A DNA stretch of 64,000 nt from an uncultured virus (IMG/VR IMGVR_UViG_3300020325_000015) (IMGVR_UViG_3300020325_000015); one strand, 5' to 3'. Numbered from the stretch's first letter, positions 1-10,514 are shown. Notes: generated by a model from the sequence alone, not told the origin. Translations and numbers: made by a program.

Positions 1-41
1 ACATTGTATTCCACACCATTAACAACATATACTTTAATCAT
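1..41 (-). CDS. 5' start of a gene running off the left edge (MIKVYVVNGVEYN...), possibly the N-terminus of the giant protein seen at the right edge
   Basis: ATG at 41-39 just downstream of the 48..1592 stop; frame open to position 1. Confidence 0.6.
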   Translation of the reverse strand, partial: MIKVYVVNGVEYN

Positions 42-47
42 ATTATT

Positions 48-1592
48 TTATTGAGAATTATATTGGTTATTTCTGGTCATACCTCTTTGTGGTCCTAAAT
101 AATTGCTAGGATTAGCCATATCTGCTCTATACCCCATTAAAGGCATTCCGTTGGCTTGTCGTATTAATTCTTGTACTTCCATAGGATTTGCGTTAAATGG
201 AATAAATATTGAAGTACCAGCAGGATTTAAAGGATTTTTTACAAACATACCTTTAGGTTTGCCATGTTCAGTTATTATAGATTCTAATTTTTTATCTTTA
301 TAATTAGGAACTACTGTATCATCTTCAAATTCTATACTTTGAGCAGTTAATCCTAACCTTGATAAATCAACACTAAATCTATCAATTAAACCTTCGAATT
401 GACCTATTGTAGCCTTTTTAGCAGGAAAATCCATTGGAGTATTCCAAATTGCAGGAGTACTTGTATCACCAAATGCTCTATTTGTTTCATCAACCTGTCT
501 TTTAAGCTGTAATTCTTGAGCTTTTTCTTCTCTATGCTCATACTTTTGATCTTCAGCTTTATGCCAGTAATTTTGTACAGCTTGTTGATTTACACCATAC
601 ATTCCTTCTGCTCTTTGTAACCATTTTTGTTTTAACAACTCTTCACCAGCACCTGGTTCAAAATTTGGATTTCTAGGATCAAAAAAAGCATCTGCTTCTT
701 CTCTAGTATATCCAAAATGATCAACTAATAAAGAAGCCATCTTTCTATCTTTATTACCAGGAACATTACCTAACATTCTTTGTAAAGCAGCTTCTGCCAT
801 TTGTGCAGGACTTTGACCTCTTTTGCCATCAGTGCCTATAGGTTGTTGATTAAATGAAAGTATATTACCCTGAGCTGTTCTATTAACTTGTAAAGCAGGA
901 TCAAGAAGCTCATCAATATTTTCTTTTTTTTGTAGTCTATTAGTTAAGTTTCTAAACTCAGATGCTGATACTTGATAATCATCTCCTAAAACAGTTTTAC
1001 CTTTCCATACTTGCTCACCGTTAATATTTTGCCAACCACCATTTGGTGAACCATTAGCCATATCTTCAGCCATTGCTAAAATTTCAACAGAGTTATAATC
1101 AGAAAGAGTGCCATCATTTTTACCTTGCTCATATGCATCTAAAAAAGCATTTACGTTAGTTTTTAACCCCTTCATATTAGTTACCTCTGCTTTTAGCTTA
1201 GACATTTTTTCAGAATAAGCATTATAATCACCTGTTCTTTTTAATTCTTTATTTAAAAACGCAGCATAATCAGCAATTTGTCTAGATCCATTAGTTAAAA
1301 TTTGATTAAAATCTTGGGAAGCAGTATCTCCCATTATATTTAGATCATCCATGTCTTTAGCCATAGCTTGACCTGCATTATAATTTAAGATACCTTCTTT
1401 TAATCTTTGCATTCTACGTCTATCAGCATCTAAAGCCATTTGCCTTCTTTCAGCAAACGCCCTGTCAATACCTTGGCCTAACATTTCTTGCGCAGCCGCT
1501 CCACCTGGAGCATACTTCATTGCATCTTTATATTTATAATACTCAGAAGATCCAGTTGGCCTATAATCTATTTTACCTACACTTAGTGCCAT
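48..1592 (-). CDS. putative internal virion/ejection protein
   Basis: 514 aa helical Q/A/M-rich ORF in the ejection-protein position after the tail genes. Confidence 0.55.
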   Translation of the reverse strand: MALSVGKIDYRPTGSSEYYKYKDAMKYAPGGAAAQEMLGQGIDRAFAERRQMALDADRRRMQRLKEGILNYNAGQAMAKDMDDLNIMGDTASQDFNQILTNGSRQIADYAAFLNKELKRTGDYNAYSEKMSKLKAEVTNMKGLKTNVNAFLDAYEQGKNDGTLSDYNSVEILAMAEDMANGSPNGGWQNINGEQVWKGKTVLGDDYQVSASEFRNLTNRLQKKENIDELLDPALQVNRTAQGNILSFNQQPIGTDGKRGQSPAQMAEAALQRMLGNVPGNKDRKMASLLVDHFGYTREEADAFFDPRNPNFEPGAGEELLKQKWLQRAEGMYGVNQQAVQNYWHKAEDQKYEHREEKAQELQLKRQVDETNRAFGDTSTPAIWNTPMDFPAKKATIGQFEGLIDRFSVDLSRLGLTAQSIEFEDDTVVPNYKDKKLESIITEHGKPKGMFVKNPLNPAGTSIFIPFNANPMEVQELIRQANGMPLMGYRADMANPSNYLGPQRGMTRNNQYNSQ

Positions 1593-1594
1593 TG

Positions 1595-2878
1595 TTATAT
1601 TTTCTTAAATTTAACATCAATTTTTGAATAATCAACTTTATCAAAACCACTATTATCTTTAATAACAGCAAAAGAAGGTATTTCATCAGACATAACACCT
1701 TGAAATATTCCTTCAATAAATTTATATTTAAAGTTATAAATTTTAATACCAGAAGGTGATAAACCTACTAATTTTATATCTTCTTTAAGCCTTCTATCAC
1801 TAAAAGCTTTTACCGCGGCATCTGCAGCACCTGCAATACCACCAACTAAATCTTGAGTTGCTTTAGCTCTTGCAGCATCAGCTTGACTTTTTCTAGCAAG
1901 TGCTCTATCTTCTTTGTTAAGTAATTTTTGATATTCAAAACTTTGTTGCTGTAAATCAAAATCTCTTTTTAATTTATCAACTTCAAATGCAGCCTCTGCT
2001 CCTTTACCAGCTTGCTGAGCACCAAACATTAATGCTCTATTTTGAGCATCCATATTAGCAAGTGCAAATCTATTTTGAGCATCCATATTAGCTCTTGCAA
2101 AATTAAATTGATTACCTACATTGAATTGATTCATTTGATTTTCTGCACCAAATCTTGATAATGCAAATTGATTAGCAGCTTGTGCACCAAATCTATTAGC
2201 TTGATTCATTGCGTCCGCACTAAATCTTCTAGCTTCATTCGTTTGACCAACATTAAATTGTTGTTGACCTAAATCAAATTTAGATGCTAAGTTTTCTTGT
2301 GCAAGTTGATCTCTTTGTCTTTGTTGTTCACCTTGTGCTCTAAGTTGTTCATTTGCTTTAACTTGTCTGTCAAGATCAGCTCTAATACCTGCTTTAGATT
2401 TTGCTGCTGCAGCTGCTAAAGCTGTTGCTCCACCTGCACCTGTACCGGCTTGTGCTGCAAGATCCTGTGATTGAGCTAAAGCCTGGTCTGCTTCTTGAGC
2501 AGCCATTTCAGCACCAGCAGTGGATACCTGAAGGTTGGCCATCGTATTGGTTAAACCAGCATCATCTCCTCTCATAAGACCAGCAACATTTGTTTGAGCA
2601 GCATCATAACCTTGTGCTTCATATCCTTGTGCTGGACCTAGTCTACCTAAAGCTGCTTGCTGATTTTCTAATACAGAAGGGTCCATTGTTACAGCTTGTC
2701 CTGATGCAGCATCATATCCTTGAAATTGAGGGCCTTCTAATCCTTCATATACATTACTAAATTTAAAAGCATCTTTTTTTGCTTGTGCAGCCTGTAATTG
2801 TCTATTTGCAGCTGCTTGTTCACGCCTTCTTTTACCACCCCCAAAAAGAGACGCAACACCTTTTACTACACTTCCCAT
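1595..2878 (-). CDS. ejection/pilot-like protein with C-terminal Peptidase_S74-type intramolecular chaperone domain
   Basis: Ala/Gln-rich body with NQF/NRF repeats; C-terminal FSDRRLKEDIK...IYNFKY...GVM...VDY motif. Confidence 0.7.
   Translation of the reverse strand: MGSVVKGVASLFGGGKRRREQAAANRQLQAAQAKKDAFKFSNVYEGLEGPQFQGYDAASGQAVTMDPSVLENQQAALGRLGPAQGYEAQGYDAAQTNVAGLMRGDDAGLTNTMANLQVSTAGAEMAAQEADQALAQSQDLAAQAGTGAGGATALAAAAAKSKAGIRADLDRQVKANEQLRAQGEQQRQRDQLAQENLASKFDLGQQQFNVGQTNEARRFSADAMNQANRFGAQAANQFALSRFGAENQMNQFNVGNQFNFARANMDAQNRFALANMDAQNRALMFGAQQAGKGAEAAFEVDKLKRDFDLQQQSFEYQKLLNKEDRALARKSQADAARAKATQDLVGGIAGAADAAVKAFSDRRLKEDIKLVGLSPSGIKIYNFKYKFIEGIFQGVMSDEIPSFAVIKDNSGFDKVDYSKIDVKFKKI
2036..2092. 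repeat. 24-bp direct repeat with 33-bp period inside the ejection protein (ANMDAQNR x2)
   Basis: tctattttgagcatccatattagc at 2036-2059 and 2069-2092. Confidence 0.85.
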
Positions 2879-3316
2879 TTAATATTTCATTATTAGTTCA
2901 TAAGATGGAGTTTCATCTACATAATACTCCGCTTTTTTATATTTTTCTAGTAATACACCAGGTTTTGCCCATGCAAATGCATATTTATATCCTAAATCTT
3001 CTGCAAAATCTGTTGTAAAGTTTATTAAAAGTTGCAATGCATCACTTCTGTCAGTATCTTTATACGATTTATCGCTAATTACTACAGCTGGAATTGCGGT
3101 TTTACTATTTGTCATCCATAGCCACATAGCTGCAATAGGATCATTTTCCTTACACACCATGAAGCCACCTAAGCCTTCTCTTTTTTTTTCTTCGTTGCCT
3201 ATTTGAAAAGCACCTGGAAGAAAGTCTCGCGGTATAGGATCTTGTTTATAAGCTTTCCACCACGATGGTAAAAAATCCCAATCGGATTCTTTTAATTTTC
3301 TAACTTGTAATTTCAT
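2879..3316 (-). CDS. GNAT-fold acetyltransferase-like protein (positional analogue of T7 gp13)
   Basis: 145 aa; VRKL..SD start, GFMV/IAAMWL strands, FAEDLGYKYAFAW...KYKKAEY pattern; lies between muzzle and ejection genes. Confidence 0.55.
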   Translation of the reverse strand: MKLQVRKLKESDWDFLPSWWKAYKQDPIPRDFLPGAFQIGNEEKKREGLGGFMVCKENDPIAAMWLWMTNSKTAIPAVVISDKSYKDTDRSDALQLLINFTTDFAEDLGYKYAFAWAKPGVLLEKYKKAEYYVDETPSYELIMKY

Positions 3317-3321
3317 ATAAT

Positions 3322-3561
3322 TTAATTTGATGAATTAACTGCTTCTGAGTTTATAGCGTATAATTCTTTTTTTGTTTGAGCATTTGTACCTGTAAGTTTT
3401 AATCTTACTTTCATAAAAGCACCCTTAACACCTGATACTAATTTTGTTGTATTAGCAGCTACTGCACCTGCACTAACTTTATAAGTTGTTTGCTGTGAAA
3501 CTATAGGTGCAAAATATTTGCCTTCTTTTTTTTTAAATGGAAATGTTATTATTGTACTCAT
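3322..3561 (-). CDS. small structural protein resembling the usual C-terminal segment of the muzzle protein
   Basis: FKKKEGKYFAPI...GVKG...ELYAINSE motif; start overlaps the muzzle stop (TAATG). Confidence 0.55.
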   Translation of the reverse strand: MSTIITFPFKKKEGKYFAPIVSQQTTYKVSAGAVAANTTKLVSGVKGAFMKVRLKLTGTNAQTKKELYAINSEAVNSSN

Positions 3562-6500
3562 TATCCGTTTTGTGTTATATTTATTGTGTGTGAACTTACA
3601 CCTGTAACTCTTGTATTATATTTTTCTACAACAACTGTACCTGTTCTAGAACTACCAGTTGTATTATTAGCAACATTAATTGTAAAAGGATAATTACCTC
3701 CATAAATATTAATATCATCTGGATCAACTAATACAGCTCCTGATATTGTAGGATTTACTGCTGTACCTTGTGTTGTAGCTGCTGCTAAATATATCCAATT
3801 TTGATTAGGTGTTGCTTTAACAACTATATTTGCTTTTTCTGAAGCCACATCTCCTATAACTAAATTACTATTGCCACTTGCATTAAATGTATGTGAACTA
3901 GCTATAGTACCCATAGCTGCTGTTACTTCACCCGAACCCGTTATAGTTGCAGTAGCTGTAGTATTTTCATATATTTTAGGAAGTATAATTTCCGTTTCAT
4001 GATAATCTTGAGTATAGCTACTAGTAAATGTTATTGTTTCTGTTATTATAGTATCTGCTACGCTATATGTAACAGCATAAGAACTTGGTAACATAACTTT
4101 TGTTGTACCGGTTACATTTACACGTAAAGTTGCAGTTCTTTGGCTTGCTACAACATAGGGACTTATAGTATAAGCATTTCCAACTGAAGTACCTGCTGGT
4201 GTTGTTAATGTACCAACAGAAGGACTAGCCCAAGTAAGTGTATATAATTGGGTAGCACTACCTGAAAAAGTCATATTTTCATTAGTAGGATTGGTAGGCA
4301 TCGTAACAGGAACATTATATGTTATCTGATTAGTTTGTCTTGTATATGCAAGAGGTGTAGTTATAATATTACCACCCATACCTGAATGATTACTACAATA
4401 ATAATATAATATACTTGGAGTTGAAGAACTTACAATTATTTGAGTTTGATTACTAGTTGTTGTAACACCCGTTGTATATTCAGTACCGCTCCCATGAGTG
4501 CCATCTGCTGTTGTACTTAATCTTAGAGGATGACCACTGTTGCTACTATCACTTTGATCAAATATATATGTTTTACCTATAGTAAGTGCAATGCTGTCTT
4601 GTCTTATGCCGTCTAAAGTATATTTATTACTACCTCCATAATTTACAACTTTTACTGGTATAGTTTCAGTACCTGATATAGCCGATGCATTAAATGAAGG
4701 TAATCCACTTACACCTATAGCAATATTATATGGATTTATAAAATGTGTATTTGTAGGAGATACAACTATATCTTGTGACGTAGCTCCAGCACTTAATTCA
4801 ACAAGCGTAGGACTAACAGCCGCGTCTGAAACAGAATCACCAATACTAATACTAAGAAGAGCAACGGTAAATGCAAGTGATGCACCTGTTCCACCAACTG
4901 CTAACTCTAAAGTTTGATTAGATGTGCCAATAGTATAACTTACATTAAACACTAATTTACCATCAACTATAGCAGTAGGATTAGTTATACTGACAGTTTG
5001 CGATCCAGAATAAGTTAAAGTAACATCATTTACCACATTAAATTTAAAATCAGAATTTTTAGGTTCAACAAAAACAGCCCATGTAACAATATCATTTTGT
5101 TTTCCTCTTGCTGTTCTTTCTCCTGTTATTAAAGTATTTGCACCAACAGTTGAATTTGCTCTTGTTATTTGTAAAGTTATATCAAAACAATTTATAGGTG
5201 TTGGAACAACTCCTACATCTGATAAATCTGTGCTTAAAAAATCTAATTCCCAACCTGTATCACCTTCATAACTTATATTATTAAACGTTTTAATAGTTGA
5301 AGGACTATCATTTAAAATAGGTTCCACATAAGAATCAGCGCTTGCAGCACCATAGAAACTATTTCTATTTACATTATTAGAATTATGTTTATATAATTTA
5401 CCTGAATTAAATGTATAATATCTATTATTAAGACTTAACCCACCTTCTTGTTTAAATGATTTAAAGCTTGGCCAGCCTCTAGCGTTTTCATCAAATGATA
5501 CGGTAAAATAATTATCAGATGCGGTTGCAACATTAGTATCTTCATCACCTTCATAACATTCTCCAATTATAGTAAGATTATATAATCCATGGTATTCATC
5601 ATATGAACCTATAACTTCAGTAGAATTTTTTAATGCATCTCTAAAAAACCCAGCCATACCAGCAACAGATATTTCTGATACACCTTGTTGTGATAATCTT
5701 AATACAGCACCTCTGTTTTTATCTGTAAAATATCTTTGAAATCCATAAGCGGCAAAAGATTGAGGATCTTTAGATATACCAAAATCTCCCGCATACGGTG
5801 CTATTGTTCCTAAAAATTGTGTATTACTAGTAACTGGTACTGCTCCGCCTTCAGCTGAATATATAAAGTCTTTATTAATAGGAGACCTAGATAGTTTATC
5901 TTCTTGAAATATAACTATTTGAGTGTCATCAGCATAAAGTTTTTGTATAGAACCATCTTGAGGATCTAAAGAAATTGTTAATCCACCTTCAGATTCATTA
6001 AATTGATTTATATAATTAACATTAGTTCTTGAATTAAATAAACCACTTGAATGAATAAGTGTATTAAATCTTCTTTCTTCTGCAAAATTTTCTTTTACTA
6101 CAAAAGCTCTAACACCTACATCAAAAGCTTTTTCTGCAAATCCAGCTCTTAATCTATTAATTTCTATATGAGTTCCTGTGGTAAATGTTAATAAATAACA
6201 ATTAAAAAACCTTACATCTATTGTTGCACCGGCATTATTTAAATCTGATATTAAACCGCCTGTAGAGGTTTCAAAGAATATATCTAAATCTGATTCAACA
6301 GGTTCTGTTTCATATACAGAAACACCAGATGTTACTGAAGTACCAGCATCTGTTACTGTTGGTACATTAGCTGTACCTGCGGGATTATTAATTGATTGTA
6401 CTTTTGTTAAACTAGAAGTTGTTTGATTTGAACCATTTAAAACTTTTGGATATACAGAAACATCACAAGGTGATATTGTTGTGCTTGTGCTTGGAGGTAT

Positions 6501-7967
6501 TACAGCAGTCTGATCTCTTGGTATTTTATTTATACTATCACCAAGTCTTGCAATTTGATTACCTGCTGTTAGTACAGAAATCCAATTATAATATTCTTGT
6601 TCTCTTTGTTTTACAACTATTCTATATGAATATGCCCAATCTAATGCTTTTAAAGAAGCTACTGCCGCTGCAGAAAAAGAAACTCTTAATGCGTTGAATA
6701 CATTAGTGCTAGTTGATTCGCCTGATGCAGCATCAATAAATACCGTGTCATTACCTGTAGAAGATAATATTACAGGAGATTGTCTACCAAATTTATCTGC
6801 CAATACGATACCAACTTGATAAGTTCTTCTTGATTTTACAGACATCGATGTATCCAATGTAGCATATCTAGCGGATGTTTCACCTGTTCTTACAACACTA
6901 AAGGATATATCGGGTATATCAAAATTTTGTAAAAAATTACCATATATAAGACGGCCACCTGCTAATTCTTGAGATTTAGCCTTTATAGGTACAGCGTCAG
7001 AAACTCTTGTTAATTGATCACCCGGTAAAGTTTTAAAAGGATCTTGTGATTTATAAAAAAAGTTTATGGAAGATTCTGTTGTAACAGTTTTATCTTCTAC
7101 AACATATAATGTTGAAGATCCTGTTTCTTTATATATAAGTTCAACACCTGTAATTCCATAACCAGAAGGTATAGGAACTGATAATTGTACAGATTTAACA
7201 GCATTAACAAAAGTTTCTATTTCACCAAAATCAGATATATTACTAACATTTATAGCGTCAGGATTACCTAATCTTGAAAAACATATAGGAGTAAAAGGCG
7301 CTAATAAACTATATTCGCCATCTTCAAATTGATAACGATATGAAAACCTTACAAGTTTATTTTCTAAAAAATTTGAAGTAATTACAGCACCTGTTTCATC
7401 TAAATTTGATAATGATAATATATCAGGTGCTTCATAGGGTGCAAATTTAGCTACAGATATAAGATTATCTATGTTTGCTGCTAAATTATATTTACCAGGT
7501 TCATTTCTTGCAGTATCAACATTTATTTTTCTAGGAGGATTCCTATCATCTGTAAAAAATAATAATGTGTCTACAAGATTTACACCTGTTATAGGAAATT
7601 GTTTATGAAAATTTAAAGCATTGCTACTTACTAAAATAATAGATTTATTTGATTTTTGATCATATTCTATTATTTGATGTTGTTTAGAAGAACTATTAGA
7701 ATGATCATAGCTATCATTATTAGTAATAAAATAATATATTTTTTCATTACCATTATCTCTAAGTGAACCTATAGTTGTACCATTTGTCATAGATATAGTA
7801 CCTACTTGTTCATTACCCAAAAGATTTTCAATAGCACCCATATCAGATCCTTCTGATTTGCTTACATTTATATTTAATGCTTCACGATATTCGCCTGGCT
7901 GAACTAATCTATCATCTTTATCTCGATTCATTCGGCTAGCACTAAATAACCTTTTAATTTCTGGCAT
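3561..7967 (-). CDS. tail muzzle/stabilisation protein (P22 gp10/crAss-like) with C-terminal Ig-like, cupredoxin-like and BACON extensions
   Basis: 1468 aa; MNRDKDDRLV..GEYREALN, LFFTDDRNPPRKIN, YQVGIVLADKFGR, YFTDKNRGAVLRLS motifs; C-terminal W..N..R.G..V..ITQ BACON pattern. Confidence 0.75.
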   Translation of the reverse strand: MPEIKRLFSASRMNRDKDDRLVQPGEYREALNINVSKSEGSDMGAIENLLGNEQVGTISMTNGTTIGSLRDNGNEKIYYFITNNDSYDHSNSSSKQHQIIEYDQKSNKSIILVSSNALNFHKQFPITGVNLVDTLLFFTDDRNPPRKINVDTARNEPGKYNLAANIDNLISVAKFAPYEAPDILSLSNLDETGAVITSNFLENKLVRFSYRYQFEDGEYSLLAPFTPICFSRLGNPDAINVSNISDFGEIETFVNAVKSVQLSVPIPSGYGITGVELIYKETGSSTLYVVEDKTVTTESSINFFYKSQDPFKTLPGDQLTRVSDAVPIKAKSQELAGGRLIYGNFLQNFDIPDISFSVVRTGETSARYATLDTSMSVKSRRTYQVGIVLADKFGRQSPVILSSTGNDTVFIDAASGESTSTNVFNALRVSFSAAAVASLKALDWAYSYRIVVKQREQEYYNWISVLTAGNQIARLGDSINKIPRDQTAVIPPSTSTTISPCDVSVYPKVLNGSNQTTSSLTKVQSINNPAGTANVPTVTDAGTSVTSGVSVYETEPVESDLDIFFETSTGGLISDLNNAGATIDVRFFNCYLLTFTTGTHIEINRLRAGFAEKAFDVGVRAFVVKENFAEERRFNTLIHSSGLFNSRTNVNYINQFNESEGGLTISLDPQDGSIQKLYADDTQIVIFQEDKLSRSPINKDFIYSAEGGAVPVTSNTQFLGTIAPYAGDFGISKDPQSFAAYGFQRYFTDKNRGAVLRLSQQGVSEISVAGMAGFFRDALKNSTEVIGSYDEYHGLYNLTIIGECYEGDEDTNVATASDNYFTVSFDENARGWPSFKSFKQEGGLSLNNRYYTFNSGKLYKHNSNNVNRNSFYGAASADSYVEPILNDSPSTIKTFNNISYEGDTGWELDFLSTDLSDVGVVPTPINCFDITLQITRANSTVGANTLITGERTARGKQNDIVTWAVFVEPKNSDFKFNVVNDVTLTYSGSQTVSITNPTAIVDGKLVFNVSYTIGTSNQTLELAVGGTGASLAFTVALLSISIGDSVSDAAVSPTLVELSAGATSQDIVVSPTNTHFINPYNIAIGVSGLPSFNASAISGTETIPVKVVNYGGSNKYTLDGIRQDSIALTIGKTYIFDQSDSSNSGHPLRLSTTADGTHGSGTEYTTGVTTTSNQTQIIVSSSTPSILYYYCSNHSGMGGNIITTPLAYTRQTNQITYNVPVTMPTNPTNENMTFSGSATQLYTLTWASPSVGTLTTPAGTSVGNAYTISPYVVASQRTATLRVNVTGTTKVMLPSSYAVTYSVADTIITETITFTSSYTQDYHETEIILPKIYENTTATATITGSGEVTAAMGTIASSHTFNASGNSNLVIGDVASEKANIVVKATPNQNWIYLAAATTQGTAVNPTISGAVLVDPDDINIYGGNYPFTINVANNTTGSSRTGTVVVEKYNTRVTGVSSHTINITQNG

Positions 7968-7970
7968 ATT

Positions 7971-8894
7971 TTAATGTTTAATCCACTTAGATTTACCTCT
8001 TAATACTTGTGTTATTTCTTTAGATTTCATATTTGAAAGTCTAATTTTAGCATTACGCATTTTAGCAGATGCTTCTTTTTTATAAATAGCAGAAGCACCA
8101 GCACTAGATGTTCTTAATTTTGCTAAATTATATAATATATTTGCATATACAGCATCTTCAGCTAATTTAGGAACTAATACATTATCAAAATTATCATTGT
8201 CTCCAATACCATCAGAAATATATCTTAAAACAACTATACTTCCTTCTTTAAATGAAGAATCAAAAAATATTTTGCCTGCTTCTAAATCTAATACATAACT
8301 ACCGTTAAAATTTTGTAATTCAGGTTCACTTCCGTACCTTCTGCCAAAATAGCTATAATCGTCATTATCATAAAATCCATTATAATAATCAGCAGCTTCA
8401 TCTACATCTAATACTCTATCTGTACTTTGAAATCTTTCTAATGTATCTGATGTTTCTTTAAATATTACTCTGCCTTCTTGATCATATAAATATTTATATT
8501 CTTCGTCCTGTGCAACTGATTTTGTTGCACGAGTATTTATACTAGGCTGTATTGTTTTTAGGTTACCAAACGAGTCTAAAAACGATATATCAACGTAATT
8601 TACATAATCAGAGGGCAAAGACATTTGTAATGTGCTATTTAATTCTACTTCTATTGTTTTTTCAGAATGAAATATATCATAGCTAAATTCTTGTATGGAT
8701 CTTTGTGCCCAAAAAGCAACTTCATACCTTGGTATTTTTGCTAAAATTTTTCCATCACCTACATATGCAATAATAAAATTATTTATTATATCATTTAGAT
8801 GAACTCTACTATAATATCCAGGTATAGCTAATCCTGTTCCGCCGTCTAAAGCAGAATAATTATCTACATCTAAAGGTCTTCTTGATATTGCCAT
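7971..8894 (-). CDS. tail ring/adaptor protein
   Basis: 307 aa; LPSDYVNYV motif; position between capsid and muzzle genes. Confidence 0.6.
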   Translation of the reverse strand: MAISRRPLDVDNYSALDGGTGLAIPGYYSRVHLNDIINNFIIAYVGDGKILAKIPRYEVAFWAQRSIQEFSYDIFHSEKTIEVELNSTLQMSLPSDYVNYVDISFLDSFGNLKTIQPSINTRATKSVAQDEEYKYLYDQEGRVIFKETSDTLERFQSTDRVLDVDEAADYYNGFYDNDDYSYFGRRYGSEPELQNFNGSYVLDLEAGKIFFDSSFKEGSIVVLRYISDGIGDNDNFDNVLVPKLAEDAVYANILYNLAKLRTSSAGASAIYKKEASAKMRNAKIRLSNMKSKEITQVLRGKSKWIKH

Positions 8895-9667
8895 TATTGT
8901 TCAGTTACTTGAATTTGTTGATCTTTACCTTGTCCAAAACCAGATACATCAGGTTGTTTTATAACAACACCAGCATAAGAAAGTATTTTTGCAACTAAAG
9001 CATGCTTTTCAGATGGGTGTAGTCTAAAGTCATAAGATTTAGCAGTAGCTGTATAATCATCTGTAGCAGGATTAAATGCTGTGCTATCATATATTGGTTC
9101 ATTTGGAACACCTGAAGCTATTTGAGAAGCTGTTGGCATTAAATATCCCCATTTTGGTTTATCAGGTATTTTTATATAATCTATGTCTACACCTGTTGTT
9201 ATAGTATCTGGATATAGCCTAATACCTGTTTCTCCCACATAAGTAAAAACGGGCTGACTATCAACTGGTGCAGTTAAAGGCGATAAATTAACATATTTTA
9301 TTTGCTCATGTGCTACATAATCAGCTGTGCTTATTTTTGTAACTGAATCTACAGTATTAGAAACATTTACAACACCTAATCTATAAAAATTTGATGGAAA
9401 TTCAAATATATTTCCGTTTTTAGTTAATGTAGCATTAGCATAAAATACATTTATTCTTTCAGATGTATTTAATATAGGATCTGCAAAATCACTCTGTATA
9501 TTTGCATTAAGCTCATATCCAGATTCTTTAGCGAAGTAACTTTCAAATATTTCACCTTGAGCTTGATCTGCTAATCTGTTAAATTCTTCTGGTGTGATGT
9601 AACCTCTATTATCTTTATTAGTAATAACTAATACAGTTTGATAAACATCGTTTATATTTATTGCCAT
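8894..9667 (-). CDS. tail ring/tubular protein (P22 gp4-like position)
   Basis: 257 aa; NKDNRGYITPEEFN, YIKIPDKPKWGY motifs typical of crAss-like ring proteins. Confidence 0.6.
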   Translation of the reverse strand: MAININDVYQTVLVITNKDNRGYITPEEFNRLADQAQGEIFESYFAKESGYELNANIQSDFADPILNTSERINVFYANATLTKNGNIFEFPSNFYRLGVVNVSNTVDSVTKISTADYVAHEQIKYVNLSPLTAPVDSQPVFTYVGETGIRLYPDTITTGVDIDYIKIPDKPKWGYLMPTASQIASGVPNEPIYDSTAFNPATDDYTATAKSYDFRLHPSEKHALVAKILSYAGVVIKQPDVSGFGQGKDQQIQVTEQ

Positions 9668-9690
9668 TATTTTGTTTTTAATTAGTTGAT

Positions 9691-9713
9691 ATAGGGCTGA
9701 TTTCTCGCCCTAT
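9691..9713 (-). terminator. intergenic hairpin (possible terminator or processing site)
   Basis: atagggc-9nt-gccctat inverted repeat; no clear U-tract. Confidence 0.4.
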
Positions 9714-9723
9714 ACCATTTATA

Positions 9724-10491
9724 TTACGATAATTTTTTCGTAATTGACTTCATTAAGTCAACACCTTCATCTGTTTTAAAATACTGTGCTAAAGCAGCAT
9801 ATGGATGTTGATCAAAAGGAACAGTCAATACTTTTTTACCGTTAGCAAATTTAAATACTGTATTATCGTCAGTTAATTGTAATATTCCAACTTCTACAGC
9901 TCTATTTGCTAAATTCCTTAATTTTATATCGTCGTCGTTAGACAATTCAATAAATAATTTTGGATCTTCTTTTGCAAAATTATAAGCATCTCTTTTTAAT
10001 TCTTTAGAAGATAAAGAAGAAACTGTTGAACCTAATTCTGTTCTCATTATAGCTTCTAAATGTTCTATATCTAATGTTCTAACTAAATTTAATGCTTCTA
10101 ATTCAAATTCAATAGTATCAACTTCATCTTTTGCAATTACTTCTTGATCTACTTCTTCCCATATTTCACCTGCTTTTGGGTGATATAATGATAAAAGCTT
10201 TTGTAAAGATTGTTGATGTTTAGGAACTTCTAAAACACCGTCTAAAAAAACAACATGAGCAAGAGTAGCATTACCTTTTTGTTCATCTACAAATAATGAT
10301 TTTTGGTTACTTGCATATCTTATTTCTCTTTGTTCACCCATTTCTTCATCAAACCATAATAAAGGTTTTCTTGCAGTATGTTTAGATTGTATTGTCCAAC
10401 TAAGTGGTGCTTTACCACCTGTTAAAACATATGTTCTGTCTTTTATTTGCCAATTCTTTTCAGCTTTTGGCACTTTAATTTTTGTTTCCAT
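9724..10491 (-). CDS. conserved capsid-associated/hypothetical protein downstream of the major capsid gene
   Basis: 255 aa intact ORF within the morphogenesis operon. Confidence 0.5.
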   Translation of the reverse strand: METKIKVPKAEKNWQIKDRTYVLTGGKAPLSWTIQSKHTARKPLLWFDEEMGEQREIRYASNQKSLFVDEQKGNATLAHVVFLDGVLEVPKHQQSLQKLLSLYHPKAGEIWEEVDQEVIAKDEVDTIEFELEALNLVRTLDIEHLEAIMRTELGSTVSSLSSKELKRDAYNFAKEDPKLFIELSNDDDIKLRNLANRAVEVGILQLTDDNTVFKFANGKKVLTVPFDQHPYAALAQYFKTDEGVDLMKSITKKLS

Positions 10492-10514
10492 AATAATATA
10501 ATATAATAAGATTA

